Assembly (NCBI GenBank): GCA_002686855.1 | Contig: NYYQ01000007.1 | Location: 1-46,088 of the forward strand | Source of the DNA: Candidatus Woesearchaeota archaeon | Lineage (GTDB): Archaea; Nanobdellota; Nanobdellia; Woesearchaeales; GW2011-AR4 | Direction: 5' to 3' | Length of the DNA stretch: 46,088 nucleotides | Shown here: positions 16,738 to 27,154 of the stretch, in pieces | Numbering within the stretch: the first letter of the stretch is position 1 | Layout of the letters: the number at the start of each line of letters is the position of its first letter | Translations under genes and position numbers: made by a program | Notes under the pieces: generated by a model | Told to the model about the DNA's origin: nothing | The model's database searches: none | What the model saw: only the letters and a program-made list of their open reading frames with translations

Positions 16738-19077
16738 TTAACTCAAAACCTCCGCAAAACCACTTGTCCAAGGCCTTTTTATTTCATTTATTTTCAAATC
16801 AATTATTTTATCATCATTTTTTTTAATTGTTAATGTTTTTTTATTGGTTGTTTTTCCCAATTGAATCATTTCAATATTATGTTTTTTGAAAATATTCTTT
16901 ACTTTATTCACATTCTTATTTTCAACTTCAAAAACAAAACCAGAGCTTTCTGAAAACAAAGCCTTGTCATTCCTTAAATTGCTAAAACCAATATCAATCT
17001 CAACTCCAATAGTGCCATCAGCATTTCCCCCTAAAATCATCTCAGAAACTGTTGCAACTAAACCACCATCGCTTATATCATGGCAGCTTAATAACAAGCC
17101 TTTATCAACAGAATCAATAACAGCATAAATCATATTTTTTTCTTTTTGAAAATCAATTTTTGGGACATTTTTTCCAACCTGTTTATTAATATCATAATAA
17201 ACACTTCCACCTAATTCGTCTTTTCTTTCTCCAACCAAGAATAAAGCGCTGTTTTCTTTTTTTAGCTTCATTGTTATAGCTTTGGAATAATCATCCATAA
17301 CTCCAACACAAGCTATTATCGGGCTTGGATCAATTGCCTTTCCCTTATTACTCTCATTATAAAAACTAACATTTCCTGAGACAATAGGAACTGGATTTTT
17401 TGTTTTGTAATAGTTAATTTTGCTGGCAGCATCTTTGATTCCCCTAACTGCTTCTTTAAAGTCATAGAACTCCTCTGGTTTTTCAGGATTTCCAAAGCAT
17501 AAGCAATCAGTTAAAGCAGAAGGTATAGCGCCAATAGCTGCTATATTACGCATAGATTCTGCAACAGCATTTACAGCTCCTAAGTAAGGGTCAATCCTCC
17601 CATATTTTGGATTGTTATCAACAGCTAAAGCAATTCCATACTTGCCTTTTGCTTTAATTAATCCAGCATCTGCTTGTCCAGGCTCTATAATGCCAGTGCC
17701 CATAACATTTTTATCATAATGATTAAAGCACTTTGCTTTTGAAGCAACAGCAGGGTTTGAAAGAACTTTCAACAAAACATCATTGTAATCTTTTTTTTCT
17801 TTTATAATTGGCTCCTTAAAATTCCTTTTTGGTTTTTTAGCTGCCCTGTCATAACTTATTCCAGAAGTTACAGCTTTAATTGGAGCATTACAAACAACCT
17901 GGCCTTTGTGCTTAACAACATAATTTTTTTCATCTGTCACTTGCCCAATTACAACGGCTCTTGCATTCTTTGCAATATTAGATAATTCAAAATCCTTATT
18001 GTATATTTTCAATATAGTTGGAGTAAATTCCTTTGGACTTATCCAGGTAAATCTTTCTTGTGTCTCAGAACATGCTATGATATATGACGGTAAATCTTTC
18101 ATAGAAACATGCACATTATCCAAATCAAGCTCGCAACCATAATCTGCCGCACTACACAACTCAGAACTAGCGCACATTATGCCACCAGCTCCCATATCCT
18201 TAAATCCTAACCCCACATTTTGTTTTTTAGCCTCATTAAAAACCTCATAAGTTGCTCTAATTAAAACATTTTTTAAAAAAGGATCTGGCACTTGCACTGC
18301 ACCTCTGTTGCTTTCTTCTGCTTCTTCATCTAAAATTAAGGATGCGAAAGCAGCCCCTCCAAAACCAGAATTATCTGTAGGTTTTCCGACAATTATGATG
18401 TCATAGCCATCAGCATTCTTTGGAGCATAACTATGGATAATATCTTTCTCTTTCAAAATACCTAAACAAACAACATTTACCAGACAATTATCATCAAAGC
18501 TTTCATTAAAATAAACATCTCCAGCTAGATTTGGTATACCGACAGCATTTCCATAGCCTGCTATGCCATCAATAACCTCATTTGCAATATACTTTACCTT
18601 GTTTTTATTCTTTCCATCAGGATTTCCAAATCTTAATGGGTCTGCAGTACCAATAATCTTCGCTCCCATGCACAGAACATCTCTAAGAATTCCTCCAATG
18701 CCGGTAGCAGCCCCTTCATACGGCACAACCTGGCTAGGGTGGTTATGGCTTTCGTGGCTCATAACTATACCGTACTTTTCTCCATCTATTGTTCCTAACT
18801 CAACAACACCAGAATCTTCTATTGGCCCTAAAATAACATTGGGTGCTTTAGTTGGCAAAGTTTTAAGCACTTTTCTAGAGCTTTTATATGAACTATGCTC
18901 TGACCATTGTATGTTAAAAATATTCAGCTCTGTTAAGGTTGGATTTCTGCCGATTAACTTTACTATCTTTTTTGCCTCATTTGTTTTCAGAGAAATAGCA
19001 TTTTTCTTCAGAAAATCCTGCAGCATTCTATTTGACATGCCTTTTACATCAACCAGCTCTGTATCAACCATCCCCAT
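16738..19077 (-). CDS. purL: FGAM synthase II (small PurL)
   Basis: QWSEHSSYKSS, ESHNHPS, 779 aa AIR-synthase-related duplicated architecture. Confidence 0.9.
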   Translation of the reverse strand: MGMVDTELVDVKGMSNRMLQDFLKKNAISLKTNEAKKIVKLIGRNPTLTELNIFNIQWSEHSSYKSSRKVLKTLPTKAPNVILGPIEDSGVVELGTIDGEKYGIVMSHESHNHPSQVVPYEGAATGIGGILRDVLCMGAKIIGTADPLRFGNPDGKNKNKVKYIANEVIDGIAGYGNAVGIPNLAGDVYFNESFDDNCLVNVVCLGILKEKDIIHSYAPKNADGYDIIIVGKPTDNSGFGGAAFASLILDEEAEESNRGAVQVPDPFLKNVLIRATYEVFNEAKKQNVGLGFKDMGAGGIMCASSELCSAADYGCELDLDNVHVSMKDLPSYIIACSETQERFTWISPKEFTPTILKIYNKDFELSNIAKNARAVVIGQVTDEKNYVVKHKGQVVCNAPIKAVTSGISYDRAAKKPKRNFKEPIIKEKKDYNDVLLKVLSNPAVASKAKCFNHYDKNVMGTGIIEPGQADAGLIKAKGKYGIALAVDNNPKYGRIDPYLGAVNAVAESMRNIAAIGAIPSALTDCLCFGNPEKPEEFYDFKEAVRGIKDAASKINYYKTKNPVPIVSGNVSFYNESNKGKAIDPSPIIACVGVMDDYSKAITMKLKKENSALFLVGERKDELGGSVYYDINKQVGKNVPKIDFQKEKNMIYAVIDSVDKGLLLSCHDISDGGLVATVSEMILGGNADGTIGVEIDIGFSNLRNDKALFSESSGFVFEVENKNVNKVKNIFKKHNIEMIQLGKTTNKKTLTIKKNDDKIIDLKINEIKRPWTSGFAEVLS

Positions 19078-19131
19078 TTTCCTACACTATAATTGAATTT
19101 GAGGGTAGTTTATATATATTTTGGTAAGAAT

Positions 19132-19518
19132 TTATCCCAAAAAAGAACTCAAATAATAAGCACCCAAAGCAGCAACCACTCCCAAAATAACACCTTTAAC
19201 AATAACTTCTTTCTTTTCCTTTATGTAAATTGCAGCTACAAGCATAAAAACAAAAAGCAAAACTGCGAATAAAGTAAATAAATTGTCTTTATAGAATAAG
19301 CTTGTAAATGCAACTAAAGGGACTGCTCGTGCAATATGATGGTTTGCATTCTTAATTATAAAGGATAGAATTATTAAAATTGAAATTGCTATTAATAATT
19401 GATAAACAAAAGGCATGTATTCTCCAATAATAGCCCTTATTATAACAATAAAATAGAAAAGAATAGAGCCAAAAGCTAAAGAATCTCTTGCTATCTCCTT
19501 TTTCCAGTTCTTGTTCAT
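19132..19518 (-). CDS. hypothetical membrane protein (about 4 TM)
   Basis: Hydrophobic segments throughout; no motif recognised. Confidence 0.5.
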   Translation of the reverse strand: MNKNWKKEIARDSLAFGSILFYFIVIIRAIIGEYMPFVYQLLIAISILIILSFIIKNANHHIARAVPLVAFTSLFYKDNLFTLFAVLLFVFMLVAAIYIKEKKEVIVKGVILGVVAALGAYYLSSFLG

Positions 19519-19635
19519 ATTTTTTTCTTATTTAGCTACTTATTTTAACTTTTTGGTTTTAAATTAATTACTACTTAAAAAATGTAACAAGTAGCAAGGT
19601 TTATAAGTTTAATATATATACCTAATATGATTTAA

Positions 19636-21336
19636 ATGTGTAGTATTTGCGGGGTGTATATTTTACATAAAGAAGGGTTGCCAGATATAGCCGCTGCTCT
19701 TGAGACTTTAGGTCTTGAAAGAGAAGTAGCAGAAAAAATTGTAGAGAATGGTTCAGTAGCAGCAAGTGTTTTAGATTTTCATCTTTGTAATTCAACAAAT
19801 AGGGGTTATGATAGTTCTGGTATTGTTACTTTTGATGGACAAAGTAATCAAACTCATAGAGATTTGGGTTCTGCTGAAGAAGTATATCACCATGATGATC
19901 CTGAGAAACATAGAAAAACATTAGAACAACTTGTTGGAAATATAGCCATAGGCCAGAATAGATACAGGACTTCTGGAATTATAGACACAGATAGTGTACA
20001 ACCTTTTGAACCAATAGATGGAATAACTATAGCGCATAATGGGAATATTGTGAATCAAATTGATTTAAGAAGATTTTTTAGCGACCCATTTGTACAAAAA
20101 AAAGTCCCTTTACTTTCAACATCTGATAGCGAATTAATCAGAAATAGCTTGGTAGCATCTTATGGTTCAAAAATTCCAATTGATGAACTTGTAAGAAAGG
20201 CAATGATCGAAGATAGAGAATTTATAGGAGCATATTCAGTTGTCGCACTTATAAGAGACCAATTAATAGCTTTTAGAGATCCAAGGGCCTATTGGCCTTT
20301 GCATATGGCAAGATTAGGAAATTTAATTATTTTTAATTCTGAAGTTACTCCAATTCAAGAATTTATTAGAGCAACTGATTATAAGTTACGTAGATCTGAT
20401 TTTTTAAGATCTGTTGAAAGAGGAGATATAGAAACTGTTTCTAACCGCACTATTACAACTTATACTAGAGCCCTGATGGAAGATGGAGTTGAAGTTAAGA
20501 AAAGGAGATGTACTATGGACTATATTTATCTTTTAATGCATAAAAACGAGCTTGTTATGCATTTTAGGAAAAGGTCTGGAGAGATTTTATGGGAACATTA
20601 TGGTTTAAGTGGAGATAAAGAAGAATTTGTTGTTTCTCCTGTACCTCAATCAGGGACTTTTTATGCACATGGCATAAGAGATGCTTCTGGTCTTCATTAT
20701 AAAAGAATAATAGAAAAAAGATCTAAAACCCATAAAGCATTTCTTGCAGCAACTCCTGAAGAAAGATTAGCAATGAAAGAAAAAAAATATAGGTTAAGGG
20801 AAACTTACAAGGGAATGAAAGTCATGCTTACTGATGATAGTGTTGTAAGGAATGATACATTATATTTTTTAATTAAGAAAATGAGGTTAAAAGAAGTTGA
20901 AGAATTACACCTCAGAATCGGATCTCCACCCATAAAGACTCCATGTTATAATGGTATGAGTACTCCAACTCGAAATGAATTACTTGCTCACCATCTAAAT
21001 AGGGGCCAGATTGAAATGTATTTTGAATCTATATTTTATGGGGCAGATTATGATAGAGACACTATAATTTCAAAAATAAAAAAAGGGAAAACTGTTGAAA
21101 ATATTGTCCAAGATAGTGTTATTGATAATCAAAACTATCTTAAAGACCCTAAAATGAGAGAAGTAGAAAAAGGAAAATTTAGCTTAAAATATAATACATT
21201 AAAGATGCTGAAAAGTGCGTTTAAAAGAGCAGACTTAAACCCAGATACAAGATGCTATGCTTGTATGATGCCAGGATGGAGCGGATATCCTAATAAATTT
21301 AAGCCTTATTTATCTGGGTTGAGTAAGGCTGCATAG
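19636..21336 (+). CDS. purF: divergent amidophosphoribosyltransferase
   Basis: N-terminal MC (Ntn Cys), NRYRTSG..QPF, IAHNGNIVN, SDSE, PRT loop VMLTDDSVVRNDT, LRIGSPPIKTPCYNGM, C-terminal CYACMMPGWSGYP; has insertions and is G+C-richer. Confidence 0.7.
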   Translation: MCSICGVYILHKEGLPDIAAALETLGLEREVAEKIVENGSVAASVLDFHLCNSTNRGYDSSGIVTFDGQSNQTHRDLGSAEEVYHHDDPEKHRKTLEQLVGNIAIGQNRYRTSGIIDTDSVQPFEPIDGITIAHNGNIVNQIDLRRFFSDPFVQKKVPLLSTSDSELIRNSLVASYGSKIPIDELVRKAMIEDREFIGAYSVVALIRDQLIAFRDPRAYWPLHMARLGNLIIFNSEVTPIQEFIRATDYKLRRSDFLRSVERGDIETVSNRTITTYTRALMEDGVEVKKRRCTMDYIYLLMHKNELVMHFRKRSGEILWEHYGLSGDKEEFVVSPVPQSGTFYAHGIRDASGLHYKRIIEKRSKTHKAFLAATPEERLAMKEKKYRLRETYKGMKVMLTDDSVVRNDTLYFLIKKMRLKEVEELHLRIGSPPIKTPCYNGMSTPTRNELLAHHLNRGQIEMYFESIFYGADYDRDTIISKIKKGKTVENIVQDSVIDNQNYLKDPKMREVEKGKFSLKYNTLKMLKSAFKRADLNPDTRCYACMMPGWSGYPNKFKPYLSGLSKAA

Positions 21337-21400
21337 TTTAACTACTTTCAAATAGTAAAACATAGAAAGGTTTATAAAGGCTGAATTCTTGATATTTGGT

Positions 21401-21919
21401 ATGGAAAGAGAAGCTATTACATTACCAAAATTAACTATAGATCAATTAGTAGAATTAGGAGCCGACCATGATAGTATGGTTACTCCCACTAGTAGTATCT
21501 ATGAAATTGATCCACTAGCAACACAACTAGGAACTAGAATTAAGGAAAAACTTAGTGATGGAACAATACAAGACAGAAAAAGACTCCTAAGAGTACTTCC
21601 AAGAATAGCTAATGAAGTGATTCAAAATGCAATTGAACATGGTAATGAGTTAGATCCTTCAAAACAAATTCATGCTTATTTTCTTTGGCAAGAGCATGGT
21701 TCTGGTAATGCATTGATGTATATTGCTGTACAAGATGAAGGCAAAGGCTTTGATGTAAATAGATATAGACTAAAAAATCCTAAACATGGTGGAGAAGCGC
21801 TGCCTTGGGCAAGAGAAATGTTTGATCATATTTATAATTTTGGAGATCCTGCAGTTTACATGGCTCAAGTCATAAGAAGAGATGGTGCAAAACCAATTGT
21901 AGTGGAAAAAGGTAGCTAA
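21401..21919 (+). CDS. stand-alone GHKL/HATPase_c-like protein (anti-sigma-factor-kinase-like)
   Basis: N-box EVIQNAIEHGN and G1-like VQDEGKGFD; TATA TTTATAAAGG about 25 nt before ATG 21401. Confidence 0.5.
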   Translation: MEREAITLPKLTIDQLVELGADHDSMVTPTSSIYEIDPLATQLGTRIKEKLSDGTIQDRKRLLRVLPRIANEVIQNAIEHGNELDPSKQIHAYFLWQEHGSGNALMYIAVQDEGKGFDVNRYRLKNPKHGGEALPWAREMFDHIYNFGDPAVYMAQVIRRDGAKPIVVEKGS

Positions 21920-23108
21920 ATAACCTCCCCAACCAGATAAATAGAGCCAGCAACAACAACTAAATCTCTTTTCCCTGCATTTTTTTTTGCATATTCTAAA
22001 GCTTTTTTTGAATTTTTAATAATAATTGAATTTTTAAAATATTTTTTTATATCTTTTATTTTGGCTGCTCTTTCATTATTTGCTTCTGTCAATATAATTT
22101 TATCCGCTTTTATTATCTTTGATATAGCTTTAACATCTTTATCTTTAGAAAAACCCAAAACCGCAATTAACTTATTGTATCTTAGATTTTTTAATTCATG
22201 AAATAAACCCCTAAATCCAGCTGGATTATGGGCAACATCAATCAACACATTCTTCCTCAATTCAAACCTTCCAGGCCATTTTACATTCTTTAATCCATTT
22301 TTTATATCCTTTTTATTAATTTTAATTCTTTTATTTTCATTTAGAATTTCCAATGCTTTTATTGCAATTGCTGCATTTATTAATTGAAAATTTCCTTTCA
22401 GGCCTGATTTTATATTTTCATCATTGTTTTTTTCATTTATTGATGTTTTTTCATTTTTTAATGGCGCCATTATTCTTGAATTTTTTTTAATGGCTATTTT
22501 TTTATTGTTTTCAAAGCAACACCTTTTGCTCCTGTTACAACCGGAACATTATTTTTTATTATTCCTGCTTTCTCATAGGCAATCTTTCTTAAACTATTGC
22601 CTAAAAACTTCTTATGCTCATGCGCAACATTGGTTATGATTGAAATCAACGGTCTAATAACATTAGTCGAGTCCAGTCTTCCACCCATTCCCGTCTCCAA
22701 AACAACAAAATCAACCTTTTTATCATAAAAATAAAGAAACATCATAGAGGTTGTTATCTCAAAAAAACTTTGGTTTGTAGCATGTTTTTTAACTTTAAGA
22801 TAATATTCAACTATCTCTTTGTCAGTAATTAATTTATCATTTATCCTGATCCTTTCATTGAATTTCTTTAAATGGGGGCTTGTATACATCCCAACATTAT
22901 ATCCAGCCTCTTGCAGTATAGAAGAGATCATAGCGCAAACAGAACCCTTTCCATTAGTCCCAGCAACATGAATGTACTTTAGCTTTTTTTCTGGATTGCC
23001 TAATTTCTTAAGAAGTAACTTCATATTTTTTAATCCTAATTTAAACTTCCATTCAGGCATACCATAAAGTTCTTCCAACACTTTGTTATAGTTCATAAGG
23101 AAAAGCAA
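21916..23108 (-). pseudogene. folC: folylpolyglutamate/dihydrofolate synthase interrupted by a frameshift at an A7 run
   Basis: N-part 22494..23108 (HVAGTNGKGSV P-loop), C-part 21916..22470 (NFQLINAAIAIKALEIL, PGRFE). One extra A in the run at 22497-22503 gives a continuous ...TIKKIAIKKNSRIMAPLK... Confidence 0.75.
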
Positions 23109-23192
23109 ACGTAAAGAAATTATAAATCTATTGATATTCTCAAATATTGAAAACCAAAAACCTTAAAAAACAAATTTATTTTCTTGATATTT

Positions 23193-23726
23193 ATGCCAAA
23201 ACCAGAAACATTAGAAGAACAACCATGTGCTTTTTGTCACAAGAAAACTTTGTCCCTAACAGAAGAGAATATAGAAATTCCTTATTTTGGAAAGGTAGCT
23301 TTATTCTCAATGACATGCTCTAACTGCAAATATCATAAATCTGATATAGAGGCTTTGGAAAAAAAAGAGCCATCTAAATACACTTTTGAGATTTCCTTAG
23401 AAAAGGATATGAAAGTCAGAATAGTAAAAAGCTCAGAAGCCACAGTTAAAATTCCCCATATAACAACTATTAGCCCGGGACCAGCTTCCCAGGGATTTAT
23501 AACAAACATAGAAGGAATATTAAACAGAGTTAAGCATCAGCTGGAAAGCGCAAGAGATGATTCTGAAGATAATTCAGATAAGAAAAAAGCAAAAAACTTG
23601 TTAAAGAAAATAACAAGAATAATGTGGGGCCAGGAAAAACAAAAGATAATTTTAGAGGATCCTTCCGGTAATAGCGCAATAATATCAGATAAAGCTGAGA
23701 AAACTAAATTAAAAGTAAAAAAATAA
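23193..23726 (+). CDS. ZPR1-type zinc-finger protein
   Basis: CAFCHKK...CSNCKYH C4 finger followed by GFITNIEGIL ZPR1 beta-domain motif. Confidence 0.75.
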   Translation: MPKPETLEEQPCAFCHKKTLSLTEENIEIPYFGKVALFSMTCSNCKYHKSDIEALEKKEPSKYTFEISLEKDMKVRIVKSSEATVKIPHITTISPGPASQGFITNIEGILNRVKHQLESARDDSEDNSDKKKAKNLLKKITRIMWGQEKQKIILEDPSGNSAIISDKAEKTKLKVKK

Positions 23727-23840
23727 TTATGATGTTGCAGCTTCAACAGTTTCTTTCTCAAGACCAGCTTCCTTTCTTAGAGTGTCTGCCATGTCAGTTT
23801 TCTCCCATGTAAACTCGGACTCTGCAGATTGACTCCTTCC
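23727..23840 (-). pseudogene. remnant of a metK C-terminus ([37 protein letters not shown])
   Basis: A 19-aa block, [19 protein letters not shown], is identical to intact MetK (27155..). At least 10 nt differences in it are all synonymous. An in-frame TAG lies upstream at 23841-23843. Confidence 0.7.
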
Positions 23841-24049
23841 CTATAACTTAATTAGTTAGCTAGTATACATACTTTATGGGAGAAAAAGTCAGATTGTGCA
23901 GGTTTCAAAATGATGAAGATTTATGGTAGATTGTTTCCCAATATTATCTGTGCAACAAAGCAATGAAAAAAGTCTTTTAAAATAATGTTAGCATTAATTA
24001 GTGATTACTATTGGAAAACCTTTTAAAACCAATATATATCCTAATAATT

Positions 24050-26953
24050 ATGGAGTTAGAAAGGATAGTGCATAACATTAACTGGGAAGAAATTCACTCA
24101 CATACTTCTGCAGATTTTGATTCAGATTCATTATTCGGAGAAGAACCCAAAGAATATAATGGATTTAAAAAATCTCTAAAAACTTTAGATGCTGGTTTGT
24201 TTAAAAGAAGCAAATTATATAGAATATTGAATGATGCCTTTGATGAAGACATAAATTTTTCTTTAGAAAGAGATGGGGTTTTTGAAGTTACATCCGGTTC
24301 AAATAAAATAGGAACACTTACTTTTAGTGATGTGGGTTATGAAGTGAATTACTTAGGACTGATTGGACCTGAACAAGAAGCAACTAGTTCTCATTGCGCT
24401 AAAGACGTTGATACTGATGAGACTCCTTTTGCTTTAAATGATATATATTCGATGGCTGTTCTGCATTTTAATCTAAAAAAACTTGGAAAAATTTCAGATT
24501 TTAAAACTCAAGAAAAAATCTTAGATGTTTTTGATAGTTCTCGGGAAATAAGTGCATTTTATGCTAATGACCTAGTAAATTTAGCTAAAATTGCAGAAAA
24601 CGTTGGTACTGAAACATTTAGCGAAATAGTTACCGGGTTAGGGGAATATATTGCTTCTGATTGGGCAGTTTATTCCCTATACCAGGTGACGAGTCCTGAA
24701 AATTATTTTGGTTCACATTTCGATCTTGAAAATTTAGACTGGGATTTACTAGTCAAAGTAGCTACATTGCCAGATAGGATTCAAGGAAGTCAAATGAATC
24801 TAAAAAATCCAGTTGAAGTAAACCATCCTGAATTAAATGAAGATGATTCACCTGCATTTACTCCTTTAGAAATAATTCTCAATTTGAATGATTTAAAGGA
24901 TATGCCATCTGAAATAAGAAACAGATCTATAGAAATTTTTAGAAATTTTTTAGAAAGAGATTTTTATAAACAGACTTTCTATCAAGGCTTTTCTTATTTT
25001 ATGAAACAAAGATTAAATCTAGATAATGAGGTAATATTGTCTGGCTATCTTGATTTTATAGAAGGATTAACTAAATATGAAAATTCCAAGATTGAGCCAA
25101 TACTCACTGCACTTTATAATAATCCAAGAACAATAAATATAATTAAGTCATTAAGTGAAGAATTTGAACCGGAAACACATCAGGAAAAAATTGATGAATG
25201 TCTTTCTTTATTGACAAGCCATGATTTCGCCAATAAACTTATCTTCTTAGATGAAAATTTATCTTTTAATTATGAATCTCCTACGGATAAATTAGATTAT
25301 ATTATTGCATGTATTCAAAGTGCGGTAAGAGATCCAGATATATCTGAAGATGATCCAATTAATTATCCTGACAAAATTTTAAGATTCATTGGTGAAGCTA
25401 AGAAATACGGGCCAAATGTTACTAGAACTTTATTATCCTGCCTTTATTCAGATAGAAGGACTATGGAGGCAAATGATTTTTTACAACAATATGTTACTAG
25501 CGAGGATGTCAATATTTCAATAAAAGCAACAGATTTATTTAAAGCACTTGGTGAAAAAAGTAAGAATAAAGATGAAAAATGGAATTTTGTTTTAGGTAAA
25601 TTGAGATCAACTGATAAAGGACTTTCTGAAGAAGATTTGGATTATCTTATAATTAAATGCAAATTTATTAATAAGGGTTTTGAGGGCTTAATTGGTAATG
25701 ATGGAGAAGGGATTAGTTCAATCAGACGCGTTTTATCTGAACAACTTGGAGCTAAGTATGCTGGAGGCAAATTGGTTGAATTGCCATATTACGATTTATT
25801 TGGATTGACAATCGCAACTGGACAAGTTATAAATGAATTTGATAAAAATGTAAATTATTTAATGGGGCAAGCAATAAAATACGGTTCAATACCTAACTTT
25901 TTAAGAAAAGATCCTAATGCATCAAGAGTTATTGGGATGTTAGAAGATCATGGGTATGATCCTTCTTTTTTTGTAAGCAGCGGAACATTAATTAATTTTA
26001 GCAAGAGGACAGATGGGCATGCAAGACGATGGGAAGATTCCCTCAAAAGCCTGGTGTCTCTTTATACAGGAGAAAATGGAGAAGATCCAAAAGTTTCTAT
26101 CCATAAATTTTCCCCAAAAACTGCCTTAAGGGCGATTTCAGAAAGTTATCCTGCTGCCTTGCGTGGAGATAAGGATGCTGCTAAAAAAGTAGTCAATTAC
26201 TTTTTAAGTGAAGTAAATAAAAGGATAGAAAAAATTGGAAGAACTCCAGCATTAGAAGAAGTTACCGATAGGTTTGATGGATTGCTTGGCCAGATCGATG
26301 GGATTAACTTAGAATTATCAGAACACATTGAAGCAAGAATTTGGGAACGAAATGTTCCTGAATGCTTTTATGATAATCACAGATTGAGTTGCTGTGTTTT
26401 TTTCCCAAAAGGTGCAGAAAAATATAGCATACCTCTTATGACTATGGATCCACAAACCAGCATAATAGAATATTGGGTAGGGGGAATGGATGAATTTGCA
26501 GGTGTTTCTACTCTATTTGCAGGAAAAAATAAAACATTGTTGATGGACACTTGGGAAGCTGGCGAAGCTGTCTATTCTGTTTTGAGCAGTAAACAAACCA
26601 GGAAATTTGCATTAGATTCAATAGTTCTTGCTACAGACAGGGCAATTGTGGGTCCTTCTGAAGATAAAACTTTAATAATTCATAATTGCACCTATGGAAG
26701 ACCATTAGAATTAGTTGCTTATGTTAGGGAACTTTCTTCAAGGTCAGATTCGATAAGGTTTGAAGAAAAAAGGCATTTTGAATTAGTAGATGGAAATGGA
26801 ATTGCATTAAAAAATTCCCAATCAGAAAGAGAAACTCATGGCTCAGGAGCTTTTAGGTCAAAAAAAATGATAGGCCACATTCCAGTATTTGCAGTAAATG
26901 TAGGAATGTACAAGCAAGAATTCTTGCCTAATGTCAGGAAAAAAGCTGCATAA
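24050..26953 (+). CDS. large hypothetical protein (about 967 aa ORFan)
   Basis: Uninterrupted long ORF, acidic, no TM or known motif recognised; ATG 24050 preferred to TTG 24011. Confidence 0.6.
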   Translation: MELERIVHNINWEEIHSHTSADFDSDSLFGEEPKEYNGFKKSLKTLDAGLFKRSKLYRILNDAFDEDINFSLERDGVFEVTSGSNKIGTLTFSDVGYEVNYLGLIGPEQEATSSHCAKDVDTDETPFALNDIYSMAVLHFNLKKLGKISDFKTQEKILDVFDSSREISAFYANDLVNLAKIAENVGTETFSEIVTGLGEYIASDWAVYSLYQVTSPENYFGSHFDLENLDWDLLVKVATLPDRIQGSQMNLKNPVEVNHPELNEDDSPAFTPLEIILNLNDLKDMPSEIRNRSIEIFRNFLERDFYKQTFYQGFSYFMKQRLNLDNEVILSGYLDFIEGLTKYENSKIEPILTALYNNPRTINIIKSLSEEFEPETHQEKIDECLSLLTSHDFANKLIFLDENLSFNYESPTDKLDYIIACIQSAVRDPDISEDDPINYPDKILRFIGEAKKYGPNVTRTLLSCLYSDRRTMEANDFLQQYVTSEDVNISIKATDLFKALGEKSKNKDEKWNFVLGKLRSTDKGLSEEDLDYLIIKCKFINKGFEGLIGNDGEGISSIRRVLSEQLGAKYAGGKLVELPYYDLFGLTIATGQVINEFDKNVNYLMGQAIKYGSIPNFLRKDPNASRVIGMLEDHGYDPSFFVSSGTLINFSKRTDGHARRWEDSLKSLVSLYTGENGEDPKVSIHKFSPKTALRAISESYPAALRGDKDAAKKVVNYFLSEVNKRIEKIGRTPALEEVTDRFDGLLGQIDGINLELSEHIEARIWERNVPECFYDNHRLSCCVFFPKGAEKYSIPLMTMDPQTSIIEYWVGGMDEFAGVSTLFAGKNKTLLMDTWEAGEAVYSVLSSKQTRKFALDSIVLATDRAIVGPSEDKTLIIHNCTYGRPLELVAYVRELSSRSDSIRFEEKRHFELVDGNGIALKNSQSERETHGSGAFRSKKMIGHIPVFAVNVGMYKQEFLPNVRKKAA

Positions 26954-27154
26954 TTAAATAAAATAAAAAAATTATTTGACAGCTTTCTTTAATTCATCAA
27001 CTTTGTCTACGGACTCTGCTCAATGAAATTTCAAAATTTTACTCAAAATTATCTTATTATACAAATAAGTAAACTTTGCTTAAAAATTTGGTATAACAAA
27101 CGTAATACAAAACTGCAAGAAGAAGTCAATTTTTCAAACGGAAAATAAAAAAAA

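Noticed and set aside
22470-22500. Possible BHB intron at the folC break (CCATTA/TAATGG helix on the coding strand)
   Set aside because: I could not build two 3-nt bulges separated by 4 bp. A single extra A in the A7 run already yields a continuous FolC-like sequence with normal spacing.
26975-27020. Short stop-flanked frame AESVDKVDELKKAVK* (minus strand) as a third gene-end remnant
   Set aside because: It shares only the 10-mer with the metK remnant and resembles no gene tail in the window; too short to call.
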